Positions 24,734-38,466 are shown, counted from the first letter of the stretch. The stretch: 64,000 bases of DNA from Squalus acanthias (GCA_030390025.1 CM059432.1:49044001-49108000), one strand, 5' to 3'. Notes: generated from the letters alone by a model not told the origin. Made by a program: numbers and translations.

Positions 24734-27602
24734 TGGATAGTCAAAGGCACCACGATTTTCTGATGCATTCCTGCATATTCTGATGGAGGCAGTGAAAGTG
24801 CACAGCGGGATCCTGTTCCCTGCAGATAGGCGCAGGAGGTCGCCAAAAGACACCAAAAGAGCCTGGCTGGAGATAGCTGAGGAGGTCAGCAGCAGGGATG
24901 TGGTCAGGAGGACCTGGATCCAGTGCAGGAAACAATTCAATGATCCCATGAGGTCAGGAAAGGTGAGTGCAATGCCACACTTACCTTCACCCTGATGTGC
25001 GTGTCACCACATCCCCATCACTCTACCTTCCCAAGCCTACTCCTGCACATCATTCCTCACACCAACATACCTTGCACGTCCACCCATCCCTCTCTCTCTA
25101 TCTACATACATCCCCATCTGACTAACCACCCCTGACACTCACCCTCATCCTAATGCAATCATAGAAAGTAACACCACAGAAGGAGGCCATTTGGCATTGG
25201 CGCCCCACTCCCTCATCGTCACCCTCTACAGATGTAACCCATCCATTCCTTACACTCATTCCATCACTCTCACTCAACCTTCACTTCTTTCCCTCCATGC
25301 AGGAGAAAAGAGCCCAGAACACATGGGAGAGGCAGAGAACTGGAGGTGGCCCTCCAATATTCACTCAACTAACACCAGCAGAGGAGGGGGCCCTGGAACT
25401 ATCGGGAGTTGCAGAGCTGCTGGCGGTGGGAGACGGAGAGAGGGGGGCATCCCAGCAACCTGGTGACAGAATTAAACTCATACAGCCACATGGCATACAA
25501 CAGTCACTCATACGGTGACTGATGTCAGCAGCCAGTGAAATGTCATCATGTTTATAATGGTATCGTTACCCATTCTTATTATAACATTTCTAATTCATCT
25601 CTTTACTCTCCCACAGGTCCATCAAGTACCCCACCCCACCCCGCCCCCCCCACTGCCCCCACCCCTCCACCCCACCACTGTCCAGCCAGAGGAGGAAGTC
25701 GACTCCTCAGAGGAAGCTCCAGTCACTGAGGATGCACCGTCAGCAGACCCAAGCGCACCCAGCACCAACGTAAATACTCACACCTCGATGGGTCCTTTGT
25801 GCCATAGTGTAGTATTGTCACCTGGTGTCTCACAATTCACAAGTGAGCAAGAATCATAGAATCATAGAATCATAGAAGATAGGAGCAGGAGTAGGCCATT
25901 TGGCCCCTCTAGCCTGCTCCGCCATTCAATGCGATCATGGCTGATCATCCAAATTCAGTACCCTGTCCCTACTTTCTCCCATATCCCTTGATCCCTTTAG
26001 CCTTAAAAAATATATCCAACTCCTTCTTGAATCTATTTAATGAATTAGCCTCTACTGCCTTCTGTGGCAGAGAATTCCACAGGTTCACCACTCTCTGGGT
26101 GAAGAAATTCCTCCTCATTTCTGTCCTAAATGGCTTACCCCTTATCTTTAGACTGTGACCCCTGGTTCTGGACTCCCTGACCATCAGGAACATCCTTCCT
26201 GCATCTTGTTTGTCCTGTCCTGTCAGAATTTTATAAGTTTCAATGAGATCCCCTCTCATTCTTCTAAACTCCAGCGAGTATAAGCCCAATCGACCCAATC
26301 TCTCTTCATACGTCATTCCTGCCATCCCAGGTATCAGCCTTGTGAATCTTCGCTGAACTCCTTCCATGGCAAGAACATCCTTCCTCAGATAAGGCGACTA
26401 AAACTGCACACAGTACTCAAGGTGTGGTCTCACCAAGGCCCTGTACAACTGCAGCAAGACATCCTTGTTCCTGTACTCAAACCCTCTCGCTATGAAGGCC
26501 AACATACCATTTGCCTTCTTAACCGCTTGCTGCACCTGCATGCTTACCTTCAGCGACTGGTGCACAAGGACACCCAGGTCTCGTTGCACTTCCCCTTCTC
26601 CCAATCTATTGCCATTCAGATAATAATCTGCCTTTCTGTTTTTGAGACCAAAGTGGATAACCTCGCATTTATCCACATTATATTGCATCTGCCACGCATC
26701 TGCCCAATCACCCAACCTGTCCAAATCATCCTGGAGTTTCTCGGCATCCTCCTCGCAGCACACATGCCCACCCAATTTTGTGTCATCTGCAAACTTGGAG
26801 ATATTACATCTAGTTCCCTTGTCTAGAACAGGTGGTGTTGACAGGGACAGCAGTGGAGACTTCTCACCGGAGGGCGCAGGATGCTCCAAGCTCTGCTGAG
26901 CTGCAGGCAGATGCTGAGCCTCAGGGGCAATCGAGAAAGAGGGTGATCTTGGAGAGGCAGCAACAATTGCATGAGGCTCTGGCATCTTTTGTAGCCGCGA
27001 TGTCTGCAAATGTGCAGAGAATGGAGGAGTCCATCTCTAACATGCGCACCACCATCTCGCAGGCAATGGTGATGATCTGCTCTTCCATGGAAAGGATGGC
27101 CACCTGCATGGAGCAGCTAATGCGCCAGTCAAAGGAGTGCATGTTTGCTGTGGACAATAGATGGCAGGTGCTCATAGACCTCATCTCTAGGAGGGATGTA
27201 AACGTAGACTTCAGCATTCATCACCCCACTGCTGTGCAGCAAGGTGCTCTCCAGCTCCTTGCTAGCAGGGAAGTGCAGGTGGCCCATGAGAGGGATGATG
27301 CTGAGAGGGGACATGGAAGTGGGGTCTCTTCTCAAAGTGCTCCCACTTCTCCCCTGTTCCCTCCCCCTCAGTCAGAGCCCCACATTCTTCCTCGGATCCC
27401 GATGGCCGAGTCTGCCCCTGCACAGTTGCAGGAGGAGCAGACTTTGGTGGGGCCATCACAGGCTCCAAAACCCAGAGGATGTCCACCAAAAGTGTCTAAC
27501 GAGTCACAGCAGGGGAGTGAGCAGCCTGCAACTACCTCTGCTGAAGCCACAGGGGTTGCACCTCATAGAAGCACTCGGAAAAGAAAGAAGACACAGAAGT
27601 AG
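24734..27602 (+). pseudogene. Harbinger Myb/SANT-like DNA-binding protein, 3 exons, disrupted
   Basis: Exon 1 APRFSDA...AWLEIAEEVSS...RRTWIQCRKQFND ends AAG|GTGAGT at 24962. Exon 2 is 25303-25462 (EKRAQN..ERQRTGGGPP). Exon 3 starts at 25617, is interrupted by CR1, and ends RSTRKRKKTQK*. Confidence 0.8.
25851..26822 (-). mobile_element. CR1 LINE 3' fragment
   Basis: RT C-terminus (ISKFADDTKLGG...LVRPHLEYCVQF, QRRFTRLIPGM) and an octamer tail (GAATCATA)n on the plus strand. Confidence 0.93.
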
Positions 27603-27879
27603 ATGCACATGGGTGTATCAAAAAATGTTAGTGCCAAGTTTCAGTTATTTTGATGACACACATGAATGTATTTCTTTGCACCACTTTCCGGTCTTGTCCA
27701 TTTTTGCCTCAAACCTTGGAAGTGGCTTTGTCACATGGAGTGAATGGTGAGTCATTACTTAATCTGTAGCACTGGGGGTTTGGGTGAGAGGAATGGCTTG
27801 GTCATTGTAGGGATGCTTTATGGTGTTGTTGGGGGGGCTGTAGGGGGGAACTTAGTAGAGCATGTGGCAGCCATATGGC

Positions 27880-29118
27880 TGCATTGGAGCAAGTTAAGTA
27901 AATCTAGCCATGATGATGCCATCCTGGGCAGCAATGTGCACCACTGCTGGTGCCATCTCCACCTCAGGTTTCTCCTCCTGCTCCTCATCATCTTCCACCT
28001 ACTCCTCCTCCACCGAAGAGGCTGTGAGCTCTGCGCCTTGCTCCACCTGCAGCTCTAATCCTCGCTGCTGCGCTTTGTTGTACAGTGCGCAGCAAATGAC
28101 GATGATTCTGGAGACCCTGGCTGGTGCTTACTGAAGGGCTCCTCCAGATCTGTCAAGGCATCCGAAGCTCATCTTCAGCATGTCGATTGCTTGCTCTATG
28201 TCACATCTGGTGGACATGTGGCTTTCCTTATAATGCTCCTCGGCCTCAATACTTGGTGTCCTCAAGGGTGTCATGAGCCACGTCTTCAGTGGATAGCCCT
28301 TGTCTCCAAGCAACCAGCCAGTAAGTCTGTTTGGAGGTGCGAAGAGCTGAGGGATGGTGGGCTGGCGCAGCACGAAAGAGTCGTGACAGCTGCCAGGGAA
28401 TCTGGCGCACACATGCATGATCTTTTTATGGTTGCAGACGAGCTGCACATTGAGGGAGTGGAAGCCCTTGCAGTTCACAAACACTCCTGGGTGATGATGG
28501 GGTGTCCTGATGGCCACATGTGTGCAGTGGATGATGCCCTGCACCTGTGGGAAGTCAGGCAGAGCTGCAAAGACGAGCGCCCGCTCAGTAACACTGGCTT
28601 CATCAGTGGCAAATTTGATATAATTGACTGACTTGTGAAACATGGCATCGGTCACCAGGGTGATGTGCGCGGCCGACTGCGAGATCCCGCAAATGTCTGC
28701 TGCAGATCCCTGGAAGGAGCCTGAGGCGAAGAAGTTGAGGGCAGTGGTGACTTTGACAGCCACTGGTAAGGAGTGTCCACCAGGACCTCTGGGCAGCAGG
28801 TCTTGTTTCAGCAAGCTACAAATGTCTGCGACGACCTGACGCCATAGCCTGAGCCTCCTGAAGCACTGCTGCTCAGTCATGTTGAGGAAGCTCATCCTCT
28901 GCCTGTATACCCTGTGTTGGGGGTATCGCCTCTGGCGCTCTGCAGCCCTGTGGTGACCCCTCTCTCCTGTGGAGCATCAGGTCAGTGAGGAGAAGGCTGC
29001 TGTTGTGGATTCTGCTGCTGCTGCAGGTGTGGCTGCTGCTGGTGTGGCCAGTGTTGTTGGTGGTGGGGCTCATCTTGGATTCTGAGGACCAAGGTGAAAC
29101 AGTATAAGCGGCATCCAT
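27880..29118 (-). pseudogene. Harbinger DDE transposase (HARBI1-like), inactivated
   Basis: [30 protein letters not shown] (catalytic D replaced by H), [28 protein letters not shown]. Premature stop at 28128 and 5' frameshifts. Confidence 0.88.
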
Positions 29119-29739
29119 GCTGATGTAGTAGATGGCAGATAAATTGGAGATCAGAGGGCCAATCCCTCAATGTTCTGATACTGAGTAGCAATGTGGTGAG
29201 AGTGGCTTCCGAGGTTTCAGAAATGACCTGCAAACTGCTGACACCTAAATCTGTGGACATAATGGAGTGAGCAAGAGCCTTTCCATGAGGCAGGTAATGA
29301 GGTGTAATGTTGGAGTATTTATGTGCTTTTCCCAGCTCTCAATGATGAACTTGCCAATGGGCACTGAGCTACCGACTCCCCTTCACAGGCGAGGTACCCG
29401 GGCTGCGTGAATCCCATGCTCCTGCAGTAAAAGTCAAAGGCTGGCATTAAAAAACCTCTTAAGGAGCTCTCAACAAGCAGTTAATGACTTGAATGGGGTC
29501 GCCCGCCTCTGCCGATCGGGTCCGTGTCACGCCTTCAAAGCTGCACGAGTTAAATGCGCGATGCGGCAGGATGATGGCGGGTTCCCGACTCGCTCGCAAT
29601 TTCCGGGTTTTTTACTACTGACACGGCCCCAATCCCGCACGTTCGGCAGCGGGAAAATTCCGGCCCATGTTTTCTGTCACCTAACCTCACCCATTGAAAG
29701 AGCTCTAGGATGACCTACTACAATGAGGCCAGTGTGTTA

Positions 29740-30872
29740 ACATAAGAACATAAGAACATAAGAAATAGGAACAGGAGTAGGCCAATTGGCCCCTCGAGCC
29801 TGCTCCGCCATTCAATAAGATCATGGCTGATCTGATCCTAACCGCCAATCTACTATCACAGAACCATCTCCTGAACCTAACAGAATTGGACACACAAAAT
29901 AGGAGCAGGATCAGGCTACACGGCCCCTGGGCCCGCTACGCTACCCACAGGGCCATGACCAATCCGAACCTAGACTCATGTCCAAATTCCTGCCCGCTCC
30001 CCGTAACCCTTACTTCTAGGAAACTGTCTGTTTCTGTTTTAAATTTATGTAATGATGTAGCTTCTACAGCTTTTTGGGGCAGCATATTCCATGGACCTAC
30101 CACCCTCTGAGTGAAGAAGTTCCTTCTCATCTCAGTTTTGAAAGAGCAGCCCCTTATTCTAAGACTATGCCCCCTAGTTCTAGTTTCACCCATCATCGGG
30201 AACATCCTCCCCGCATCCACCCGATCCAACCCCTTCACAATCTTACACGTTTCAATAAGATCGCCTCTCATTCTTCTGAACTCCAATGAGTAGAGTCCCA
30301 ATCTACCCAACCTCTCCTCATATGTCCATCCCCTCATCCCCGGGATTAACCGAGTGAACCTTCTTTGTACTGACTCGAGAGCAAGTATGTCTTTTCTTAA
30401 GTATGGACACCAAAACTGTATGCAGTATTCCAGGTGCGGTCTCACCAATACATTGTACAACTGAAGCAATACCTCCCTATTTTTATATTCTATCCCCCTA
30501 GCAATGAAAGCCAACATTCCATTGGCCTTCTTAATCACTTGCTGCACCTGCATACTAACCTTTTGAGTTTCGTGCACCAGGACCCCCAGATCCCTTTGTA
30601 CTTCAGTACTTTCCAGTTTCTTGCCATTAAGATAATAACTTGCTCTACTATTTTTCCTGCCAAAGTGCATAACCTCACACTTTCCAGTATTGTATTCCAT
30701 CTGCCAAATCTCTGCCCACTTACTTAGCCTGTCTATGTCCCCTTGCAGATTTTTTATGTCCTCCTCACTTACTACTTTCCCTTCCATCTTAGTATCATCT
30801 GCAAACTTTGATATGTTACACTCGGTCCCCTCCTCCAAATCGTTAATATAGATTGTAAAGAGTTGGGGACTG
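29740..30872 (-). mobile_element. CR1 LINE 3' fragment (two stacked 3' ends)
   Basis: [11 protein letters not shown]...SKFADDTK...LVRPHLEYC. (ACATAAGA)n tail at about 29740 and a second 3' UTR at about 29880. Confidence 0.9.
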
Positions 30873-31143
30873 CAAGCTCTGCCTTTATTTGCACATGTGT
30901 ACATTTGAACCATCACCATAGGAACTGATAATTGTAGCACTGACTCCCATGCTTTATTACCGCCAATCAATTTACCTCTCCCAAACATGATTTTCAATAA
31001 ATGCCATTACTTTATGCATGGAATGCCCATAAATTTAGATTAGGACAGAAAATATATTTTGTTGTATATATTTACAGATTGATATGTTTAGGGGTGATTT
31101 ACAGCAGTGCTACATTGACTGAAGCCTATTGTTTAAGCTCTCT

Positions 31144-31699
31144 GGACTAGAAATTAGGTTGCTTTGCGCCTCTCGTTAGCGCTCCCCAGGCCGTAAACTT
31201 CCCTTGCGCCCCCTGACCTATCGCTGGGCGATATGTGCGAAAGATCAGGGGGGGTTTTGCAGTGGCGGTAGCGTGCGGCGGTGCTACTAAAAGAGCAGGT
31301 GTCGGGCGGCCATTTTTATTTTGGCCGACTGCCAGCACCTGCCCACCTTTAACATTTGTATGCGGGGTGCAGGCCGCGATCGCTCAGCCCAGTACTCCTC
31401 TTGAGTGCCGGGCTGTTTCCACGGCACCTTGCTCCCCGGTGGCCTGGCAGGGCCCTGGTGTGCGCAGCGCTAGGCCCCTCCCCTTTAATCAGGGGAGGAG
31501 GCCTGCAATGACACGGCGCAGCAGCACCTAGCGCCACGACATTGAGTAGTAGCGCCACAAGAAGGAAGTGAAGTGCTTCCAGTAGCGCTCCACCTCCTTC
31601 TTGGGGCGCTACTACTGAATTTATGGGGGAGGGGCGCTAACTTTTTCAGGCACTAATTTTAGTGCCCCGGCGTGGTTAGCGCCCCCCAATTTTTCCCCC
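31144..31699. mobile_element. GC-rich Harbinger-type MITE, copy 1
   Basis: Termini GGACTAGAAATTAGG / CCAATTTTTCCCCC with TSD TCT. Homologous to the copies at 37913, 40781 and 49256. Confidence 0.8.
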
Positions 31700-32089
31700 T
31701 CTGCCTCTTTCAGAAGCCAAGCAGTTTGTTTTAGCTTCTTACTTCTCTTATGGGAAAGAGCAACCACCTCTCTTGTAGGTTTAGCTGCTTTCATCTCTTT
31801 GCCTCTCTCGTAACACAGTCACATCTTCCAGATTCCTATCTCACAATAAGGCTAGGGTGTCCTCTTTTACTGACCAGCACATTTCCTTTTGGCCTCTGGC
31901 CTATCTCACCAGCATTTTGGGAAGTTCTGAAATTATGAAATACAACTTCTTTCTTCTCATAGGATCGTACAATCTTACAGCACAGAAGGAGGCCATTCAG
32001 TCCATCATGCCTGTGTCGGCTCTTTGAAAGAGCTATCCAGTTAGCTCCACTCTCCTGTTCTTTCCCCCTAGTCCTGAACATTTCGTCAT

Positions 32090-32402
32090 TCGAATGAGGC
32101 GTTAAACCAAGGCCCCATCTGCTCTCTCAGGTGGACATAAAAGATCCCATGGTACTATTTCAAAGAAGAGCAGGGGAGTTCTCCACAGTGTCATGGCCAA
32201 TATTTATCCCTCAATCAACATCATTAAAAAGCAGATAATCTGGTCATTATCACACTGCTGTTTGTGGGAGCTTGCTGTGCGCATATTGGCTGCCGCATTT
32301 CCTACATTACAACAGTGACTACACTTCAAAAAAGTACTTCATTAGCTGTAAAGCGCTTTGGGATGTCCTGAGGTCATGCAAGGCACTATATAAATGCAAA
32401 TC
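32090..32402 (+). mobile_element. DeuSINE (SacSINE1-like), nested in a CR1 3' end
   Basis: GGCCAATATTTATCCCTCAATCAACATCA...GGGAGCTTGCTGTGCGC...GCACTATATAAATGCAA. CR1 3' UTR lies on both sides (about 31955-32080 and 32405-32433). Confidence 0.8.
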
Positions 32403-35054
32403 TTTTAAGTATATATCCAATTCCTTTTTGAAAGAATGAGGAATGAGGCAAAAGGTGACTTTGGACCTATGGTACCCAAAATTCTCCACCCCTGGGGTTT
32501 TCCAGGTGTCATTTCTGGGTCTGTTGTAGAGTAGCTGATAGAGATTGATTGCTATAATTAGTCAACAACTCCATTATCATTGTACCAAGATGGTAGAAGG
32601 CAAACTAGATGGAGCTTGATCTATTTTAGTCTAGCAATTCCTATGTTCCAAAGTTACTATTTTCTCACAGCCAAGGTCATTTTTTTCCTTTATTGCTGCT
32701 ACTTGCTTAGTACAACTACTCAACTACTATTACAGGCTTAGGCCTCTTTTAACGTATCAGCCTCTAGCTACCAGCCTGTCACATAAGCTGGTGCACATAT
32801 AACATTGTATTCTTGTCAGTGAGGGTTGCTGGACATCTGTAACAGATGAAATCTTAAGTGAAGTACAGAGGTAAAATGTTGAGAGTTGCAGAGCTTTTTT
32901 TTTGTAACATGTTATTCTTGCATCTATTAACATCTAGAAATTTCTATGGAAATAATTTAAAAACTTCAAAATAATATTTAAACATGGCCAGTATTACATT
33001 TTATGTCTTGGGCTAGACACAAAAAACACGTTTGTCAAAAATTATACACATCACATGTATTTTGTAGTAGACTATTATTCCTCATAATGGAAAAAATGGC
33101 AAAGCAATTTATTTATACACAAGTCTAAAAATCTGGAGGTAGAAAAACATTAATAAGCCTTCTAATAAGCTGTGCTTTAGTTCCTGACGTTCATTAATCA
33201 GATTGGAGGAGCAGAATCTTTGGAGCTCATGCACTTTGCCCTAGGTGAATGCCAATCTGTTTCTGCTAACATGGTCAAATACTAGTCTGGTGTAATACTG
33301 CACTGATAAATGATTTCCATTTAGTTTGCTCCAGAGTATTGAATTCAAGCCTACAACAGCTCAATGACCAGCTTTTGCTGCAGAGTGAATACTATAATAA
33401 CTATGTAACTTTTAGCTTCTTCAAACTATGAGTCCCATGGAAGTGATGTATGTTTCACCATATGAAGATTTCCTACATTTTAGCTGATGTTCCATTGTGA
33501 CTCCATCTGCATTTTGTGAAGCACAGAAGACTTTTATAAATCATTTTGTAGCTGCATTTGTTGCCCCTCACGCATTGCTTTGTGACTCTTGAAACTGTAT
33601 TAATTCCATAAAACATATTTAAATGTCTTGTATTTACTTGGGACTTTTATGTGTAATATCCATGTTACTGAGAATCCTCTAGCAGGATTATGTAAGTTCA
33701 ATATATTTGGTATGGCTGCTCAGCACAGATAGGCAGCTTTACCAATTAACATTAAAAATGACTTTCCTCAGACCACATACTGCAGGTCATTATTCAACTT
33801 ATTTAAGGATTTTATGCAAATTTGATGAGTAATCAATGGCCTATATTGGATGGGAAAACTCTACAAATTAAGTTGCAAGAGTAGAATTACTTTATCTTGG
33901 TTTTGGGTGTTCCGATGCCTAGATTTTTAACAATCTTGCCTTTATCAGCATTATACACCCTGCGTGCAGATTAATGAACCATGGTAAGCATACATATAAA
34001 CTCCTTAGCTCAGAGAGGTCATTCTACACTAGGCTGCAGCTACTGATGAACTATTTTCAGAAAAGAGGAGCTGATGGATAGCGGGTGCTCCAAAACAACA
34101 TTTATGCATTATCTAAACAATATACTTAGTTATGTAAAATGATTATATTTTTATAGAAATGCTAGTACAATATCTTAACATTCGTTCATGAGTTCAAGAG
34201 ACAAAAGGAGAATGCTACCTATTTTAATTAAAAACAGTAACTTCAATAGTTTACTCAGAAGCAAAAACCTTTGTCAGGTATTCTGAACCATCTATTGCTG
34301 GCTTAAGCAGAAATCCAATTGGCAACAGTGTTTCTTTAACCACCATAGGGACACCATTGCTGTTTGTCTTTGTACTGTAATATGTATAGAATAACAAATT
34401 TGTGCCCAGTTTATGTTCTGTAGATGCGTTTTAAAATGTTCTGGGAAATCATGGATCATGAAACAATAATAAGTTTCACTCAAAATTCTGTAGAACGCTA
34501 CATAGCATAACTCTGGAGAACAAATTAGTACAATAATGCTGTCATAGTGGGAATTCACTCCATGAAGGAGAAACACTGGAGTCCTTTGGTAATGAGCTGA
34601 AGCAATACTGCAAGATAGAACACTCAGCAAAGTACTGAGGTTTTAAGTCAGCAACTGAAATCTAACATTTTTAAATAATGTATAGATTCTCCTTTAATCA
34701 AGTTTAGAAACAGCAATTATGTTTCAGGCAATATTGACTCGCAACATCAAGCATACCAAAACTACGTTACAAACGTTAATGAAAAGTTTAAGAAGCTGAA
34801 AAATATTCTGGCAAATAGAGTCACAAAAATAATTTACTACAGATCTGTACACCAAGAACATGAACAGCCTGCAACATTATTCAACAGTGTTGGCTAGATG
34901 CAGCACAGATCCACAAATACATTCATTCTACAAGTGCATAATTTCTTAACAACCAGTTTATTGCGAGGTTAAATTAAAGTGCAGCTCAGGAATAAGTCTC
35001 CACACCCCACCAATTTTCTATAAAATGTGTTAGTGTTCCAAGGTCATAATTAGA

Positions 35055-35158
35055 CAAAAGCAAAATACTGCAGATGCAGGAAATCTGAAATAAAAACAGA
35101 AAATGCTGGAAATACTCAGCAGGTCAGGCAGCATCTGTGGAGAGAGAAACAGAGTTAA
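35055..35158 (-). mobile_element. Penelope family B terminus including tail
   Basis: AAAGCAAAATACTGCAGATGC...GAAACAGAGTTAA matches 19114-19211. Confidence 0.8.
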
Positions 35159-35159
35159 T

Positions 35160-37355
35160 GGGCTGGATTTTGCGGAGGGGTCAGCGGGCGCAATCGGTGG
35201 TGGGTCGGGTAGGAAAGTGTTCTTTTTCCCCAGCGGGTCGGGACCCCACTGTGAACCCGCTGCTACACGCCTTTCCCAAATGTTGGGTCTGTCAGCGCTG
35301 GGCAGACCTGACACGCAGCGGTGGGGGAGGCAATTACAATCTTGTTTACAATCACTTATCAATGTTTTTTTCTCAGCTTTTTGGATTTGACAGGTCGCCC
35401 ACCAGTTTCTCGCAGTGTCTAGACCTCGTCTGTGATGCTGAGGCAGGAGGTCATTGGCCATTGAATCAGCTGATGAGTTGACAGCTTCAAATGTACAGTC
35501 AAAGCTCCCAGCTGATTGAGAAATGTTCCCTTAACCACTAGCTTCTCTAAACTGCATTTCCACTACAGATTCTGGATGCTGCAAGTCTTTACACAAGTCT
35601 CCAACCAATCTGACCTCATTACCTCTCCCACCACTGACAGATCGCTTCTATCATCTCTACTCCACCTGCCAACTATTCCATCAGCATGGGTGCCCTTGAA
35701 ACTCTCTCACCTTGGTCCTCAGAATCCCACCACGATCAGCCCCAACACCAGCATCACCAGGCACACCAGCAGTACCAACAATAACACCAACCTTCTCCGC
35801 AATCAACTGATGCCGCACAGAACACAAGGCATCAGCACCCGACCACATTGCTGCCCAGGAGGCCAGGGATGGCCTCACAATGCCGAGATTTCCCCTGATT
35901 GGGCTTGTTATCCAGGCTCACTCATGACTCCCTCCATATGCTTAAGGAGGGAGTCGCAGCATGCAGGGAGATTCTCTTCCCTTCCCATGGGCGGAAGAGA
36001 CCTCCTCAGGAGATCAACGCAGTCTGGTTGCACATTGTACAGGAGGACACAAGCAGGGATGTCGTCAGGAGTGCCTGGCTGCAGTGGCGCAAACCTTTCA
36101 ATGATCTCAGTAGATCATGAAACGTTACTGCAATGCCACACTCAAACTCACCCTGCTATGCACTCATCCCATCCCCATCACTCTGCCTTCCATACCCTAC
36201 CCCTGCACATCCTTACTCACACCAACTTACCTTGCACCTCCACCCATCCCTCTCTATCTACATTATCACATCCCCATCTCACTAGCCACCCCTCACATTC
36301 ACCCTCATCCTAGTGCAATCATATCAACTAACAACACACAAGGGTAGGCACTTGGGTGTTTTATGCAATGTTCATGTAAAGTTTCTGTTAATATGGTGTC
36401 AAATATTGAAACCTTTATTTTCAACACTTTGCATTCTTGGACAGATTTGTGTGCTTTGTGAGTTGCAGTGAATGGTGAGACATAACTGTACCCCCCGCAA
36501 TGGTGTGAAAGGAATGGCTTGGGCATTGTAGGGATGCTTTATGGTGTTGGTGTGGGGTGATGCCAATCTGACGCATCATGTGGCAGCCAGGATTTACAGC
36601 GTCAAGTAAAGTAAATCTGGCCATGGTGATGCCATTGCTGGCCTCCCGGGCAGCAATGTTGTCAGGGGCTGATGCCCTGTGTCCTGTGATGGCAGAGAAG
36701 GTTGGTGATGTTGTTGGTGATGTTGGTGTGCCTGGTGATGTTGGTGTTGGGGCTGATCATGGAAGGATTCAGAGGACCAAGGTCTGATTTTTTCAAGGGC
36801 ACCGATGTTGCTGGAATAGATGGCGGTTGCAGGCGAGATGACAGAAGCGATCTGTCAATGGTGAGAGAGATTGTCCAATGAGGTGGCACTGGATATACAG
36901 TTGGTTCTAAACACTTGCAAGCTAAAGAAATCTCTATATGTCTTACAAATGCAGTAACCAGCAGTTTCTGAGCTCTGAAACTGAACATCTGCAACATGGT
37001 ATCCTTTACACCACTTCTGCAGCTGTCAGGTTATCAGATACATCAGAGCAGACTCAACTCACAACAGGGTGAGCTGGTGTGTTCCCCGAGCAGCGGGTAA
37101 CCCATGGGCGAGCACGTAAAATTGCAAGGTAGGCTCAAAATAGCATTAAATTGGCTGTTAACAAGCCATTTAATGATCTCAATTGTCTCCCCCGCTGCTT
37201 GGTGTCGGATCTGTTCTGCGCAGACAGACCCGACACCTGGGAGACTTAGTTGGAGGCGGGTTGACAATGGGTTTCCTACCCGCTGTCAATCTTTGCTATT
37301 TTGACAGCGGTCCCACCTCCATACCTGCACTCTGAGTGCCTGCAAAATCCAGCCC
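35160..37355. mobile_element. Non-autonomous Harbinger derivative with long inverted arms
   Basis: TIRs GGGCTGGATTTTGC / GCAAAATCCAGCCC, with a Myb exon-1 remnant at about 35880-36115. Confidence 0.8.
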
Positions 37356-37912
37356 AGCGTACTTCTGTGTCTCACAGTACAGCTGTGATATGGACTTGTA
37401 TTTCACTGTAACATACAATGGGGCTGATTTTCAGCTTGCCGTCCGGGCGCAAAATTGGCATTGCGGATTGGATTATAGAATCCACCATATTTTTATTGCC
37501 ATGGAAACGAAAATTGGGTGGTTTGTATAACAGGCAGCTAATCCGCAAAATCAGTTTTATGCCTAGGCGGCAATTTCCTTAAATAGAGCTGACTGATTTG
37601 TGATTGTGTCCTAGTTGCGACCAAATACTTTTGAAGACTTTCTGGAACTGTTAAAACTCTTAAGCGAATATGCATTGACAAAGAGCCTGATGCTACATTA
37701 GGATTACGTCCCCCATCGATGTGCACTTTATTTTTAATTAAAAGATTAATCTGCTCAAGGATTAACTGTTTTCTAAAAGCCGTTTGTGTTTATTAAAGGT
37801 GTTAATTAAACCTGTTTATCCTTCTTGTTAATACGTTAATAGAATCAGTTTTGTTCTGGCAATCTATAGAGATTACTTGGTGCTTCCGGTTGTTCCAGTC
37901 AAACAGAGATCT

Positions 37913-38466
37913 GGGGGGCAAAAGACGGTTGCTTTTCGCCTCCCATTAGCACCCTAAGGGGACTCTAATGGTGCGCAAAGCAACTAGTGCCCGGGCGCGG
38001 CACCGCCAACGCCTCCCGCGAAATTCAGTGGGAGGTTAGTGGTGGCGGTAGCCGGTAGTGCCCTGCAGGCCTGCGCTTCTGTCAATGACATCATTGCCGT
38101 GCGCAGCGCCCCGGCCACAAACATCGGTTGCGCCCCCTGACGTACCGCCGGACGCTATTTCCGACAGGGTCAGGGGGGCATACGTGCGGCCGGGGCAGCG
38201 ATATTTAAAGGGCTCTTTTGCCGGCACCCCGATCCCTGGTGGCCCAGCTGGGCCCCGGTTCGCGCTGCGCAAGGCCCCTCCTCTTAAATAAGCGCGCGTG
38301 GCACTGTGGCACGCAGCGCCGCGATATTGGGCTGGAGCACCCCAAGAGGGAGGGGGAGCACTTCCAGTAGCGTCCCGCCTCCTGCTTGGGGCACTACCAT
38401 CGAATTTTGGGCATGGGGGCGCTAACTTTTAGCGCCCAAAAGGTGGTGCGACCCAATCTTTGCCCC
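37913..38466. mobile_element. GC-rich Harbinger-type MITE, copy 2
   Basis: GGGGGGCAAAAG...AATCTTTGCCCC; family homology to copy 1, same orientation. Confidence 0.75.

Larger units (their letters stand above)
24439..29666. mobile_element. Full-length decayed Harbinger (PIF/Harbinger) transposon
   Basis: TIRs TGGCTGGAATTTT / AAAATTCCGGCCC enclosing convergent Myb/SANT-like and DDE transposase genes. A CR1 is nested inside. Confidence 0.88.

Noticed and set aside
28128..28895. Host HARBI1 gene
   Set aside because: It lies between TIRs with a Myb partner, has a catalytic D-to-H change and a premature stop, and has related decayed copies nearby. It is a transposon, not the domesticated gene.
35516..36313. 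265-aa ORF
   Set aside because: Out-of-frame read through rearranged Harbinger sequence and its intron, with no recognisable domain.
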